Under the pieces are notes generated by a model. It made no database searches, was not told where the DNA came from, and was given only the letters and a program-made list of their open reading frames with translations. The translations under genes were made by a program, and so were the position numbers. A stretch of 63,690 bases of DNA, the filler included, from Atractiella rhizophila (taxonomy: Eukaryota), in NCBI GenBank assembly GCA_021432655.1. It is 5 parts of 5 records of this genome, joined end to end, with 100 filler letters (N's around TTAATTAATTAA, not from the genome) between each part and the next. Parts side by side here need not be neighbours in the genome. Positions count along the whole stretch, not along the records: positions 1 to 16,581 come from MU271898.1; positions 16,682 to 33,217 come from MU271899.1; 3 more parts are not named here. The stretch is one strand, 5' to 3'. Below are positions 14,310 to 27,849 of this stretch, one piece after another. The number at the start of each line of letters is the position of its first letter. Position 1 is the stretch's first letter.

Positions 14310-16148
14310 ATGTCTCAAGACCCCATCTCCTTCCTCGAGACGCTGTCTTCTTCTCCCGACTTCCCACCATCACTCCAGACTTACATTGGACAATTCGGGA
14401 CTTTGTACTCCAAAAAGTGACATATCTTCTTTCCTGTACCGTATAGATTTTGCACATACTGATGCCTGTTGTGTGGTTGAATAGATTATGGTACCCTCTG
14501 ACACTTTCCCTCCTCCAATTTCAAGCCCAGAAAGAGTCCTCTCCGATCCTCATCCCCCTCTTCGAACATTTCATCCTTCATTTCGCCAAGAACTTGAACA
14601 GTCTCAAACTGGTAGAACTAGGTGTGGCAACGGCAAGGGAGTTTGCAGGTCTGTCCTCTCCCTTTCTTGCGTCCCCTGTCCTTCTTTGTCATTGTTCACC
14701 CCATCTAATCCAGAGAGTGAGATTGAACTGATGATACTGATGAATACAGACCCTTCAACATCTCTCCCTTTCCTACAGACACTCGTTCCACTCCTCCCTA
14801 CTCCGCCTCAAGAGAAGGCACCTGAGGCTTATGTCCTCTTGACCATCTCAGGAGCACACTATTCTTTACTTCTCGGTACATCTTCATTCGCTCATCTCCC
14901 TCGCCCAGTTGCTACGAGGAATAGGATATACAGTGCTGATGCGTGGGTCGATAGGTGACTTGGATGCGACAAAAAAGCAGATCGACGAGTGTATGACCAT
15001 ATTGGATGGTTTGAGTGGCGGGAAAGAAGGTGCGGATGTAGGCGTTAGAGGAGCGGTTTACAGAGTCGCTGGAGACTATTACAAGGTGCTTTCTCTCTCT
15101 TGTGCCTCCCACTTCCCGCTTTGTTGCGTCCATTCCCAACGCGTCTTTGTCCCTTCCTTTCTGTGACAGAGCAAGAGATACTGAACAATCCTGTTGGGGG
15201 AACAGGCCAAATCCGACTATGTCCTCTACTACCGCACCTCCCTCCTCTTCCTCTCCTGTCTCCCCAAACCGCTCTCATCTTCTCCTATTCCTCGTGAAGA
15301 ACTCGTCGGACGGGCTCACGATTTAAGCATCTCCGCCTTACTTGGGGAGAGTGTCTATAATTTCGGAGAACTCGTATGTCCACACCTTCTCCGTGCCATC
15401 TCCCCTCGTATGATCCACTGAAATCATTTTGGAAATGAAATAGTTGCTTCATCCTATACTGAGTTATCTGGAGGGCACAAATCACGATTGGCTACGACAG
15501 TTATTGTTTGCGTTCAATGAGGGGAGCATTGGGAAATTTGAGACGTTGGCACCGTATTTGGAGAGAGAGGTATGTTTCTACTTTTTACCTTCGCTTCCTC
15601 CTTTCGTTCGACTGTGTCTTTGGTCAATATTCTCTGTCGCCCTTCCTGACTCCGATTGTTCGCAAATGCCGTTGCTGATCAATCGACGCTGTTGTCATGA
15701 ACAGCCGATCCTCCAAGAATCGTATTCCTTCCTTCGGCAAAAAATCTGCCTCATGTCCCTCCTTGAGTCAGTCTTCAACCGTTCCTCTTCTCAACGGTCC
15801 AACATGAGTTTCATGGACATTGCGAGCGAGACTGGGCTACCGGGGGATGAAGTGGAGCATTTAGTCATGAAATCCTTGTCGTGAGCCTACTCTCTATCCC
15901 GCCCCCCTTCTGAGTAGAAAGACACGTTATTGATGAGTGTGTGAATGGATAGGCTCGGTTTGATAAAAGGCACCATCGACCAAGTGGACATGAAGGTCAA
16001 AGTGTCCTGGCTGCAGCCGAGAGTGTTAGGGAAGAGAGAGATAGGGGAAATTAAGAGAAGACTAGGGGAGTGGGAGGAAGGCATAGGAAGGGTGGAGAAG
16101 TCCCTGCAGAGTGGAAAGGAAGGCCAGGTGGCAGAGGTGGGTGCATAA
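14310..16148 (+). CDS. RPN9: 26S proteasome lid subunit Rpn9 (PSMD13), multi-exon
   Basis: LYSK/KLWYPLT, LFEHFILHFAKNLNSLKLV, YRVAGDYYK, RAHDLSISALLGESVYNFGEL/LLHPIL, FLRQKICLMSLLE, EVEHLVMKSLS/LGLIKGTIDQVD..VSWLQPRVL (PCI domain). Confidence 0.95.
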
Positions 16149-16581
16149 AGAATTATAACTGGTGGAATGAAAGCTTTATGAAGTTCAGAAAAGACGCATG
16201 AAAGGTCCCAAAGATTTTGCCTTGCGTACTGGTGAGTAATTTGGAATAATAATTGGGTATTGGCAACAGTACTTTTTCTACCCTTGCTTTCTCTCTTGAG
16301 TTGAACTCAATCTCTACCTACAGCAAGGGACAAGCTGCAAGCTGAGAATTTACTGCATGCTTGAAGACATTATTTGCGGAGCTCAGCCACGTACGAGAGA
16401 CACAACAAGACGTCAGGTCGACGAAGCAAATGACCCTTTCTACTCGAACGTTTATTGTAATCGGATCTTCCTCGCGATGAGGGTGGACATGGACCATCTT
16501 TGAACCCTCTTCAATATGGGTCCTGAAGCTTGATGACCCATGTTCAGCATCCGTGTCGCGATAATAGGCCGGTTTGTCCAG

Positions 16582-16681
16582 NNNNNNNNNNNNNNNNNNN
16601 NNNNNNNNNNNNNNNNNNNNNNNNNTTAATTAATTAANNNNNNNNNNNNNNNNNNNNNNNNNNNNNNNNNNNNNNNNNNNN
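16582..16681. other. Artificial contig linker
   Basis: 44 N + TTAATTAATTAA (stops in all frames) + 44 N; the same 100-nt cassette occurs four times in the window. Confidence 0.97.
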
Positions 16682-17859
16682 GGTCAGAATGGCAACCTCG
16701 TGAAAGAAGGGAAATCTCCGAGTATACGAAGCAGCCGGGTTCACTTCTGGCATGAGATCTCTTTCGCCAGTCGACACTTACCCTTCAACATCCAAAAATC
16801 TTACTGAGACATATTTACGGTTGATGATAATTCCAAGATTGAATACGCCATCTATGTCAACCTCATTTTTGATCCGTTCAAGTGATAAATAAGACAATTG
16901 CACGGATAAAGGTTTAGGGTTCCAATACAAGTCCAAAGAATGAGTTAAGACAAACGAAATCTGTAGCGTGCGAATTGATGGAGGTAGGTGAAATAAGGAA
17001 GAGGGAAGAATGGAGAGGTGGATCGAATCGGGCTCACAGCTTGTGGTGATGACATGGACAAGTCCCTTCGGGTTTGGTTCCTGAGACTCGCGACAAAGCT
17101 AGATGGTTGCTCCTCCGTCATCTTTTGTGAGGAGACAGTAAACTGCAGCCCATAACCCACGTTAGAGGAGAAGAATGGAGATGGAATCGTGCCTGAAAGC
17201 GCCGCATGAGCAGACAGTGTCCTCCTAACCCTTGTCCTCTTGGTGGGATTGAAAGTGTGAGAAAGTTTGAAAAAGATGAACCGAGGTCTAAACTGTGAGC
17301 TGTGAGACTAGCTGGATGAACAGTTTGGTGGGAGAATCAAGGCGAAAGGCAAGATCGATGTATTAGTCGCTGGGGATTGAAGGACGTCACCTCTGACCTT
17401 CTGTGATCAATGAATGAAGCGATTCTGTTGGATTTTGCAGTCTAGTTTCGTGCCACTCAGTGGCAAAGTTCTTTAGTTTTCTGGAATGTTCTACTATTTT
17501 CTAGTTGCCACTGCTGTAAGCTATATAAACACATAGAATTCCATTTCCTGGTGCTCATGCGTTTGCAAGAGCTCAGCCAAACGTAACCAAGTCGTACTTA
17601 GCTCCGCTCCTCAGCCCGTCGATTTCCAACAGATTCAAGCCTTGAAGCAGAGCAAGTGGAGGGACCGAGGAGGGTCCTAGATTTGGGCAAGTTGTTTAGT
17701 GGATGCAAGATGCAGGAGCGCACGTCCGTACCTAGATCCCACATGTGACTCAAGCAGGTCAAGCTTGTTCACAGGCCGTATGCCTTTCTCCTCCTCAGGC
17801 AGAGTGTTCGTCCCAGTTACTATTCTCTCTGTCCGCCTCAACTTTGTAAGAGGAGGGCT

Positions 17860-18870
17860 GTCTCAGAGATCTAATGGGGGAGTGCTTAGCGAGAGCGGAG
17901 AATGGTCAATTGGTTGTGCACGAAGTAACTGACATGCCTTCTAGGCTATATGCCTTTCTCCTTCTCAGGGAGTGTTCAACCCTGTCACTGTTCTCTATCT
18001 GGCTCAACTTCGTGACTAAACTCTGAATCCTCTCCTCTTCCCAATCTAGCATTTCTTCTGCCGCTTGCCCTTCAAAGCTGCTTGAAAGCTTCTATTGTCG
18101 TCGAGTTCAGCCCCTTCTTCGGCTCCGATAAGGACACTTACCCAGAGAACGTTCAACGCATCCCTTGTCTTCATTCCAACCTCTTTTGCATGCATCAGGC
18201 CCATCCTTGTCCTTCCAACACCATTGTATGCAGTGCGTTTCTAGCACTTTCGATTGCTTGCCTATTATCACCACGTCATCACTCGTCGCTTATCAAGGAA
18301 TAATAGTAACGTTACGCTATTCTGTCACCTTTCCAGCCCTGGTCACGGTCTGAAGTCACCATCATTGAATCCCCCAATCCAACCAACGCCTCGAAACCTG
18401 ACTTCGCAGCCTATCCGCTGTTCCTCACTAGAACTTGTAACCTTCGTTCTAGTCGCGGTATATGCAAAGCCAGTTTGTTCGTCGTGTACTTCCAATCCTT
18501 TGCCTCCAGCTGAAACCATTGGCTGTCAGGTCATCCCTGCTGTGATTTGTGAAAATGCTGTGATTTGCGAAAAATCACTGACTGCTGGACGAATATCTTT
18601 CACTGCTTGCAAATCCTCAGCACGAATCTCCATCAATCCCACTTGCAAAGTTCTGACAGCCTCACCGTACTCTTCGAACTTGGAAGCCAGCCCAGCGTTG
18701 TGTTTAGGAACCACTTGCAGGGTCGTGCTTAGGAGGTAGATCTCGGACGTCTTGATTGCTTCCACTCCACCTGAATATTCAATCGGGTGCTGTGGCGAGG
18801 AGAGGTTAGTGGGCCGAAGTCCTCTTTTGCCTAGATCCAGAATCGTGGCTAACCCTGTACCGTTTGCCAA
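17860..18870 (-). pseudogene. Copy 1 of a duplicated uncharacterised coiled-coil gene (5' end altered, possibly a pseudogene)
   Basis: Colinear with 24735-25660. Encodes GVEAIKTSEIYLLSTTLQ..AGLASKFEEYGEAVRTLQVGLMEI. GTCAGT..CTGACAG intron at ~18524-18583. Lacks the TM N-terminus of copy 2. Confidence 0.5.
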
Positions 18871-21800
18871 TGCAAGTTTGGCAAACTGATGAAAATTTAG
18901 TTAAGATTTGCATATGAGCAGCTAACTCATGAGTTAGGTGTGAATTGCCAGAATCGTGCGGTTGCTCCTTTCGCCACTGTGCGCTCTTTTTACCGCCGTT
19001 CCCTAGTTTCTACTTCGATCTCTTGTCCCTTGGTTCTGTTGATGCCTGGTATCTTTCATGCTACTGGTGCTGAGTCTGTGTTATAACAGCTTTCGTTAAC
19101 TTGCAGGATGTGAGACTTATACTTATTGTTATCTCGGATTTGGCAGGTAATGTCTTTGGTCTTTACATACTTAATGCAACATATACTTATTGTTATCTCG
19201 GACTTCTCAGCAATAGTAGCGTTTGTCGTGAAGTGGTAGCAAAGTGATAACTCATGATTAAGGTGCATGTGAACATATCAGTCTGTACACTGAATCGAGA
19301 TAGTCTCGAGAACAATGCTCACTCCAGTCGTCTCGCTTCACAGCTCACTTGCTGGAATTGATGGTCGTACTGATAACCCTATGTATGTGGCCTGTTGCTT
19401 CAGTTAAAGTAGTAATTTGTCGTCTGCAGGTGAAATTATGATTTTCAGCTGCTGTCAGGGTTTCGGTAGCACGGAATCTGGTGCTTCGGACTCATTTGTG
19501 TTCTTCCCTTTTCTTTTGTCTTTCGCTAGTGCCAATATATTTTACAAGTTCTTGTTTTTCAAATTTTTTTTCCGCGCTGCCTTGCATTCCTCATTGGAAT
19601 GGCTCGCTGCGTGCCGTGAACTGTTTTCCCGGTCTGCATTTCCGATCGGATCAGACTCGGTTGACGAGGGTTTCTCGACCTTTGTCTGCATACTGCAGAA
19701 TCAAGCCAGTGAAGACTGTAAAACGAGTGTGAATGATTTTTTTGTGGGAAGGTGTCGGATTGGGTCACTTGACGAAGGTTGCTGCCTGCATGTCGGTGTG
19801 ACGACAGGCGTCGAAGGTACAACTGCTTATTGCCCAGCCTGACCACAGCAGGTGCTGGATCTCCTTCATGTGCAGTAGGCTTATCCTTCGAGATTACTGC
19901 GTCACCATGACGGACCCTTTTGGTACCGTCAAAACTCTCAAACCAGCTTGTTCGTCTGTTTTTCGCTGCTTTCTCCGCTTGACAGTCCCAGACACTGAAG
20001 TATTGCACGGATCATATCGACTTGTATCAGCTGGTGGCCGAACTCTGCTCTCTTTCTTATGGACCATTCTTTATGACGTTCGATCCGCTCTTCACAAACC
20101 ATTCGGTGGCGATGGGAAAGTTCTTTCGAGAAGTATCTGCACTTACGGATTTGGTCTGTTACCGACTCTCTCAGGAGTTCAGAAGTTCAGGCTTCCGTGT
20201 CTAGGTGCTTATTCGCCATTCTACAAGTGAGGTGCATTTTTCTCTTTATTGTGGACGTGTAACATGGTCATCTCATGCATCCTCCTGCGAACATCAGGTG
20301 AGCCATTTGGTTTCCTCATACAGGAGACTTACTCCTGCTGTCAAGATCAACAACACTGCTCAAGTTATTGCTGTCATACTCCGGCGCCGCCTGGAATTCT
20401 CGTTGGGTTTCGTCCAATTTTCAGTCATCTCTTCTTCAGGCCTAGAGTGAGTCGGCGTCAACCTGGACTTACATCAAAGGTGAGCTAATTCGTCCCTCAT
20501 TACCAATGAGTGAAGAACTAGCAATCGTTTTGGATGGTGGACAGTTCCTTGAATACTGTGTCTGTGCGAGGTGCGGCGTGCTTTCATCTCGATGGCGTGC
20601 TGCACTTAGTCGCTGTTGTGTGGCTGCCGTCTTAACAACCATGAACGTGCTGTCTCTTGCCCAGCCATTCGTCTTTGGCAAGCTGCATGTCGGCCTGAGC
20701 ACTTTCATCGTGTAGTTGTGGATAGTCGGCTACTCAATTGAAGTGAGCGGATGGGAAACGAGCTGTTTGCTCCTGTTGCTCAACTTCGTCTGCTCAGCTT
20801 AGTTCTCTCTTGAATTCAGCGCCACAAGGGATTGCACGGGCAGCGGTGCATTCTGACTTGGTCCATTTGATTTTTCTTTCTTTGTCTACACTTATGCTCG
20901 GTCTCTGCATCATAATGGCCTTATTTCAAAAGTGTTCTCATGCCTCTTCTGTGGCCTTAGTTGGCGTTGTTTGGGCTTCATAACTCTGCTTTTTATCACG
21001 CGTCAAAATCTCATGCCTGCACCTCATGAAGCATGCACTTTGTTCCGCCTGAATGGCCTACTCGCTCTGTGCTCGTGTTAGGATAATGACGGCTTCGTCC
21101 TATGATCGTGGTGTTTGCAGAGTCTTGAGTCTTCCAAGCCCAAGAGGACAGCTGTATGCCTACGTGGATGCCGGGGTGGGAGAGGGATGTCTGCTAATGC
21201 GCTGTGAATGGAGACAGGACCCGTGTGATTTTGAGAAGGTTCCCGACGTAACTATACAGCTTCTTCATGTATTATTCAGACCCAAACCATTTCTGAAGAA
21301 AGAACGGAACTAACACTCTTCAAACAAGTAGCATCCAATACTCTCCCACATTCATATGCTTTCACATAATCTCCACGCTTCCGATGTATCGAATGCGGGA
21401 TGTTGTTCTGGTGATGAGGCAGGCTGGAGTCGTTCTTTGATCCTTCAGTTGATTGTGAGTGGGAGACAGGTGGAAATTGGATGTTGCCACACGCGCTTGA
21501 GTTCAAAGCGGTCGCTCACTTGGGCTGCAGTTGAAACAATAGTTTAAGTTCACAAGTGCGACCACTGTGGAAAACAATCACATTTCATGCAGACAATTTG
21601 TGCTTGGATTTCACTTGGTTGCCTGCTTGAAGTTCGAGTGACACTTCAGTTTGGACCACGCCACTTGGAATCCAAGTGTTTATGATGTAGGCGTGTAGTG
21701 GTCGTTGGAACATGGTGAACAACCGCTGGGAAGAGGTGTGGCTTCGCGATGGTTTCTACTTTGGTAACCGAGTTAAAATACGGTATCCAGCCTTGATGTG

Positions 21801-22631
21801 TGTGACCAAAGGATATGCAGCCCCACGACTGTAAAATGCGAGATCGCCATTTCATTGTCTCGTCACTCCCCGAGGTTGAAGTTTCATCCCGAGGTTGGCA
21901 GGAAGGAGGGTATCGTAGCCGCGAGCACTCTTCTCTCTCCAGCACCTTGCCTACAGGGCATTGTGTTAGTTCGGATAGCTGAACGAATCTCCCAGTCGGC
22001 TGCTCGTGATGGAACCGTCTCATGAAGTCAGAAGGACTAAGCGAGCCGTCTAACTTCTCCAAACTTTTGCCCTTCCGCTGACCATAAGTCGCCGCCATAT
22101 CTGGTCACATGTTTATCCCTTCCTGCTTAGGGTTTCTAAAATCCCATCCTCACCATCAATCCATCCTACGTCCATAACTAGTAAGTCAAAGGCATGCTCT
22201 GGCATCACAAAAGGCGACCAGATGATCAAGTCGTGCGTTCCAGACGTAAATGTCTCCTCAATTATGCTGCGGCAAATGAGGAAAACTCCAACGTTGCACC
22301 TTCAAAACAGATTCCTTCCCTGCAAAATAAGCAATCCAGGCATAGACAAGGTCCCAGCAGGCAGTGTGCGATCTTCAGGGAATAGACAGCATCAACCTTC
22401 TCTCGCCCGATCGCAATGTCTTGCCCTTCTCCCTGAAGCCGAGAGTCAACTGCCGGCTGAATTATGACATCGAGAACTCTCTGGTTAGCGTCCATATTCT
22501 GTCACCTCCAGCCGACTCTGGCATATTCCACTCTAACCGCCTACAGGCTCTATCGAGGAGCGCTTTCGTTCTGGGGAAATCATAAGCTGTCTTGTTCTTC
22601 TCTCCACAAGTGCCAGCGTCAGAAGAAATGG

Positions 22632-23315
22632 TTACCAGACGAAAAGGATTGAGGTGGCCTGTCCACCGTTTTTTTGGGAGTTTGCGAACCGTAACATTCG
22701 AATCGCAGGGTCGCGCGCTTTAGTGGGATCTCCAAATGGTGGGTCACTGACGAGGGAAGACCGAGAAACATTGCGTTCTTTATCTGAGCACGTATCTTCG
22801 GGAAGACAGGTAGTTTCCTTAAGAACTGAGGGAGAGCGCGCCGTTGTTGACGATGACGACGACGCATCAAAGGTCAGATCACTTCTGGATCCAGTAGTGC
22901 CAGTGGCAGTAAAGCTCGCGCTATTGGCGGCGCGGCCCTCGTCATATGGCGACATCCCACGGTCGCGCCGCCCTTGTGAGATGAGAGCCACATTCTCATT
23001 TATAAAATAAGAAAGCCAGTGCAGTGGGGGCTGCACGACGGATGCGAACGAATACCTGCGTGTGCTTCCACTTGGATGCTTCAGTCCAAACAACATTGCA
23101 AAATGGTCGACATCCCCTCCTATGTGGAAAAGTCCAGTCGTTACTACTGCATGGACAATGAATGTTAGGTTATCATTGGCGGATGTGTTGGCACCTTTGA
23201 TAGAGAAGGTCAGAATCGGATTCTCTTGTCCATTTCGAGTTGGTTTGGGCTGTACTACATGATATCCAATCGTTTCCTTACAGTTGAAAAGGTCTGCAAA
23301 GTGAGGTATACACAA
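22632..23315 (-). CDS. Hypothetical protein (227-codon open frame)
   Basis: Long open frame with a globular-looking N-half and Ser/Thr-rich C-half. No family recognised; ends uncertain. Confidence 0.3.
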   Translation of the reverse strand: MCIPHFADLFNCKETIGYHVVQPKPTRNGQENPILTFSIKGANTSANDNLTFIVHAVVTTGLFHIGGDVDHFAMLFGLKHPSGSTRRYSFASVVQPPLHWLSYFINENVALISQGRRDRGMSPYDEGRAANSASFTATGTTGSRSDLTFDASSSSSTTARSPSVLKETTCLPEDTCSDKERNVSRSSLVSDPPFGDPTKARDPAIRMLRFANSQKNGGQATSILFVW

Positions 23316-24734
23316 CGAAAAATGGTGTACAACAACACGAGTAAATTGCTGAGCTTGACATGTGATGAAATCTACCTGACAACATGGTCAGCTCCGCAAT
23401 GAACGACGGGGGGAGAAAGCGTATGAGATCCATTAAGGCACCAGGAGACTCATTTTAGGCCATGATATAACACACAGAGAGCAATAACAATTCGTGCAAC
23501 AAGCAGAAGAATTGTTGGGCCGTGCAGCTGATTGACCAAATTGCGTCGCACCTACTGGGCCTTGTGTGCCCAAAGGTGTTCCATTGAAGCACCTGCAGTA
23601 AATATAAATTTGTTTGTGTGGCAAGTCAAGCCTGTGCTCCTACATCACTCATCATCTATTTCACCACTGACACACGAGACCTTTGGGAGAACTTGAGCAA
23701 ATGGGTTAGGACAAGATGCTAGGTCTTGCACATGTTGCCACAGCTTGACATGCCCATAGGCCTGAAATTATTCTAGCCCAAATGCTCATTTGACGCGTTG
23801 CGTATTCTGAAGACGTATCAAAGAAACAGGCGTACTCAAGCTCAGATCGTCGAAACTTTTACTCCCATTCTACCAGCCTTCACCGACGGCGGGACTTGGA
23901 CCGCTAAAACTTGCAATAGGTCCCCGTTACAAAATAGGTTGGAGTGGGGTTGGCGATAAAACTGGTCTGAAAGTGGTTGACCAGTTTGACCAGGTTTTTG
24001 GGTACAAATGTTCTCAAAATTGAAGGGCAAAACAAGGGTCAAAAAATAGATGGAGGTAAATCAGGGTAAATGAGGTTTCAAAGCACCTTGCCATCCCCAA
24101 ACACTCTGTAAGACCTGTCGGATCCAGCAAGGTGAAGAAGCAAAATATGGAGCGCCTGAATCATCCCCGGCTCAACAGTCTAGAAGACAAGCTGGACCCA
24201 GCTGCCAAACTCCTGAGGGGAAAGCGCATTGGGAAAGCAAAAAATCCTAATCTCCAGACTGATGTCGCAGCCCCTCTGGGGTCAAAACCAATGCTGCGAT
24301 TGCCATCATCATGCCGGGGCAGCATTTTCGGCCTGTGCCGCGGCGCCTTCGCCGAATTCTGACCCCTGAATCGCTCACGAACGCCTTCAAGTTTGTTCCT
24401 GCGAATTGCCTCCAGATGCCCTATCACTGTTCGGCTGCCAGCGGAAGAGCGCAGGGAGTGTGGAGTGTCAGGCGGTGCCAGGCCGTAAGCGGCCTTTTGC
24501 CAACCCTCAATCACGGCACCCTGCGCATCTCCGATTGTAGCAAACATCCGACTGCCTGTAATTGAGTGTGCATGCCAGATAGTGGGGGTATGACCTTTTG
24601 GGCTCAAAGAAGATTTTTAGCCACGAGAATGTTTGTGGACCCACGTCTAAGTCCTGAAGGGTAGACGAAGGTAAGTGATCAGGGAGGAGTCAAAAGTCCG
24701 GAGGGGAAAAGGTGCCGATGAGAAAGGAGACCTA

Positions 24735-25860
24735 TCTCAGAGATCAAATGGGAGTGTTTAACGAAAGCGGAGAAAGGAGGTTTCAAGGTTCACGACTCAT
24801 GTTATCATAAGTCGATTGTTCCTACACGAAGGTAACTGCCATGCCTTCTAGGCTATATGCCTTTCACCTTCTCAGGGAGTGCTCATCCCTGTTACTATTC
24901 TTTCTATCTGGCTCAACTTCGTGATTAAATCCTGAATCCTCTCCTTTTCCCAATCTCGCATTCCATCCGCCTCTTGCCCTTCAAAGCTGTCTGGAAACTC
25001 CTATTTTCATCCAGCCTGAGTTCAGCCCCTTCCTTGATATATAGCCACTTACCAAGAAAACGTTCAACGCCTCCCTTGCCTTCATTCCAACCTCTTTAGC
25101 AAGCATCAAACCTATCCTTGTCCTCCTGACACCGTCGTATGCTAGTCTAGCACTTTCGATCGCTTGCCTATTATTGTCACGTCATCACCCGTCGCTTATC
25201 GAGGGATAACCGTAGTCTTACACTATTCTTTTACCTTTCCAGCCCTGCTCATGTTCTGAATTTAGCAGCTTTGAATCCCCCAATCCAACCAACGCCTCGA
25301 AACCTGATTTTTGCGGCCAATCCGCTGTTCTTCACCAGACCATCTAACCTTCCTTCGAGTCGAAGTGTATGCGAAGTCAGTTTGTTCGTCGTGTACTTCC
25401 AATCCTTCCTCTCCAGCTGAAAACCATTTGCCTGTTATGTCATCCTTGCTGTGGTTCGCGAAAAATCACTAACCCCTCGTCGAACATCTTTCACTGCTTG
25501 CAGAGCCCCAGCACTAATCTCCATCATTCCCACTTGCAAAGTCCTGACAGCATCACCGTAGTCTTCAAATTTGGAAGCCAGCCCAGCGTCGTGTTCAGTC
25601 GACATTTGGAGGGTTGTGCTGAGGAGGTAGATCTCGGACGCCTTAATCGCTTCCACTCCAGCTGAAGAAGGAGAGGATGGAGAGGAGATATTGAGTACGG
25701 TGGTGAGTAGAAAATTGGTCGAGTCCACCTGATCGAGAAGCCTGGAGAGCCTAAAAGAACGGTTGGAAGGAAAGAAGGATAGAAGAAGCAACGAGAGGAA
25801 CGACGCCAGAATCACAACTGCCTTCCACTTTGTATTCTTTTGACTGACGTTCCCCATCAC
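24735..25860 (-). CDS. Copy 2 of a duplicated uncharacterised gene: N-terminal TM/signal anchor plus coiled coil
   Basis: MGNVSQKNTKWKAVVILASFLSLLLLSFF..GVEAIKASEIYLLSTTLQ..LASKFEDYGDAVRTLQVGMMEI. GTTAGT..TAACAG intron equivalent to that in copy 1. 3' end and intactness uncertain. Confidence 0.5.
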
Positions 25861-26442
25861 TACAGTAATCTACCGTCTCTTGTGCTAGCCGCTAGAGGGG
25901 GATTGTTTGTTGATGCTTTACTGGTCTCTTGCGTTCACAGGTGCTGCGTTGTGTTATGAGCTCGTTGGCTGTTGTTGTCGTAGGATGGGATTGATACTAC
26001 TCCGCTATTTACACACTTTATATACGTGTGAAATGAGGATTCTAGAATAGTCGTAACAAAGTGAAAACCCTTGAACAAGGAGCTGGTCAACAATCAGGAG
26101 GAACAATAAACAACAACACAAAGATAGCTCGAGAACAACCTCAGAAGGTCTATGTATGTTCCTTTATCCTCTCTCGTCCTATTCAACTTGACATATCTTC
26201 ACGTGGATAGTTGCCTTGCCAGAGTATTGATGACTCTGAGGACTTGGATAGTGAGGAGGAGGGGGAAGATACGAGTGATGATGATGAGGAGGAGGAACCA
26301 GACATTAGGCAATGACCAGCACTGCTGCTGAAAATGAAGGACAACCTCCCCGGAGTGGTCTATGATGAGCTGATGAAGAAGAGGGCAGATCCAAATGCCT
26401 GGACTAAGGGAGAGAAGCAGCAGGGGAAGTCAAGGTCACAGG

Positions 26443-27849
26443 TGATTCGAAGGGTCTAAGGAATGCATTACAATGAAGTTATAATGGGCTTTTTATACCT
26501 TGAGGAACTCGGCAAAATGAGAGAAACAGCAAAGGGGAAAGAAAACTAGAGCCACAAATGATAGTGGCACGAATGCAGCTTAAAACAGTGCCAAACTCTG
26601 ACAAACTCCCCCTTGAGCAAATGAGGTGTCACGATGGAAGGAAAGGTACCCACCAAAGAAACAAACTTTTGAAAGAAAGAACAAACTCCAATGACAATTG
26701 AAAGCTCCTCACTCCCCCTTATTCCAGCAATTCTCTTTACCCCAGATGCCACAACATCAAAGGATCAAAGCCACACTTTTGCAATTGATTCTCAACCGCC
26801 TTTTGCGCCAAACTTCGACGGATCTTGAGGTCTTCTAAATTAAAATGCCTCAGTAATGCGCACTTCCGACCTATCCTTCTTCGCTAGTGCCTTCTCGGAA
26901 CAATCTCGTGCCAAATGTCCGGAGTCTCTGCAGACCCAGCAATTGATTTGTCAATCGGAATTTGAGTGATCACGCCTTCTGAACCTTCTCACGTTCATGA
27001 GCAGTGCCTCCCCAGTCCCTCCTCTTGACTCCCCTGAACCTCCTCTTCTCCCTTCCTCATCCCTGGGAGCACCAATAACATCTTGAATGGACAACTCTTC
27101 CTTAGTCACCATTAATGTTCCAGCAAGGTTCCCCCAGTCCTCCACGAGGTTGAAAATGAGGACATCCGTAATATCAGTATCGGAGATCTGGAGCCCGATT
27201 GATTTGAGATTCGAGGCACTAGCAGAAACTTCTTGAACGTAGGACTCAATTGGCTTCGAGGGGTCGTGTTTCGTGTTATAGAAACCGCGTTTAAGCATGA
27301 TACGGTTCGCGTGGCTGTTCTTCTCATACTTGTCTTTCAAAGCCTTCCATGCCCGCCGCCCCGGTAGCTGAATCTCGGATATAGATGAATTGCGATGGAT
27401 CCACACTTAATCCGACAATCGTCAGCCCAACCTCGTTTACATCTTTCCAGTTCTTCAGTTTCTTCGTCTTCTCCACCGAAGGCTCGTCCGCCACTTCACT
27501 TCTTCCCAGCAACCACCTCTCTTCAACACCAACAAGACAGAGAATTTCCAGTCGTAATAATTGGTTTACGTAAGCTTGGGAACTGACTGAATCAGAGAGT
27601 TAAGGTTGGAGTTGGACATGGTTGTACTAATCAAGTGGCTATGAGTGGTGGGTGCTTGTAAATCGAACTTCTCTCGCTACCATTTGTTGATTCCAAGGGT
27701 CTAGAGGAATGCATTACAATGAAGTTATAATGGGCTTATTACACCTTGAGGAACTCAGCAAAATGAGAGAAACGGCAAAGGGGAAAGAAAACTAGAGCCA
27801 CAAATGACAGTGGCACGAATGCAGCTTAAAACAGCGCCAAACTCGGACA
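26443..27849 (-). mobile_element. 1407-bp gag-only Ty1/Copia-type LTR element with 5-bp TSD ACAGG
   Basis: LTRs at 26443-26603 and 27688-27849 (TGTC...ATCA on minus; ~8 substitutions and 1 indel). ACAGG at 26438-26442 and 27850-27854. PBS TGGTAGCGAGAG (~27671-27682) and PPT AAGGGGGAG (26606-26614). Internal gag present, no pol. Confidence 0.9.
26870..27619 (-). pseudogene. Copia-type Gag (Retrotran_gag_2/UBN2-like plus CCHC zinc knuckle), disrupted
   Basis: MSNSNLNSLIQSVPKLT*TNYYDWKF.., AWKALKDKYEKNSHANRIMLKRGFY, ISDTDITDVLIFNL and CWVCRDSGHLARDC (CX2CX4HX4C). In-frame stops and frameshifts. Confidence 0.88.

Noticed and set aside
19115..19205. Short repeat ATACTTATTGTTATCTCGGA twice (CRISPR-like?)
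   Set aside because: Only two copies in eukaryotic DNA; a simple local duplication.
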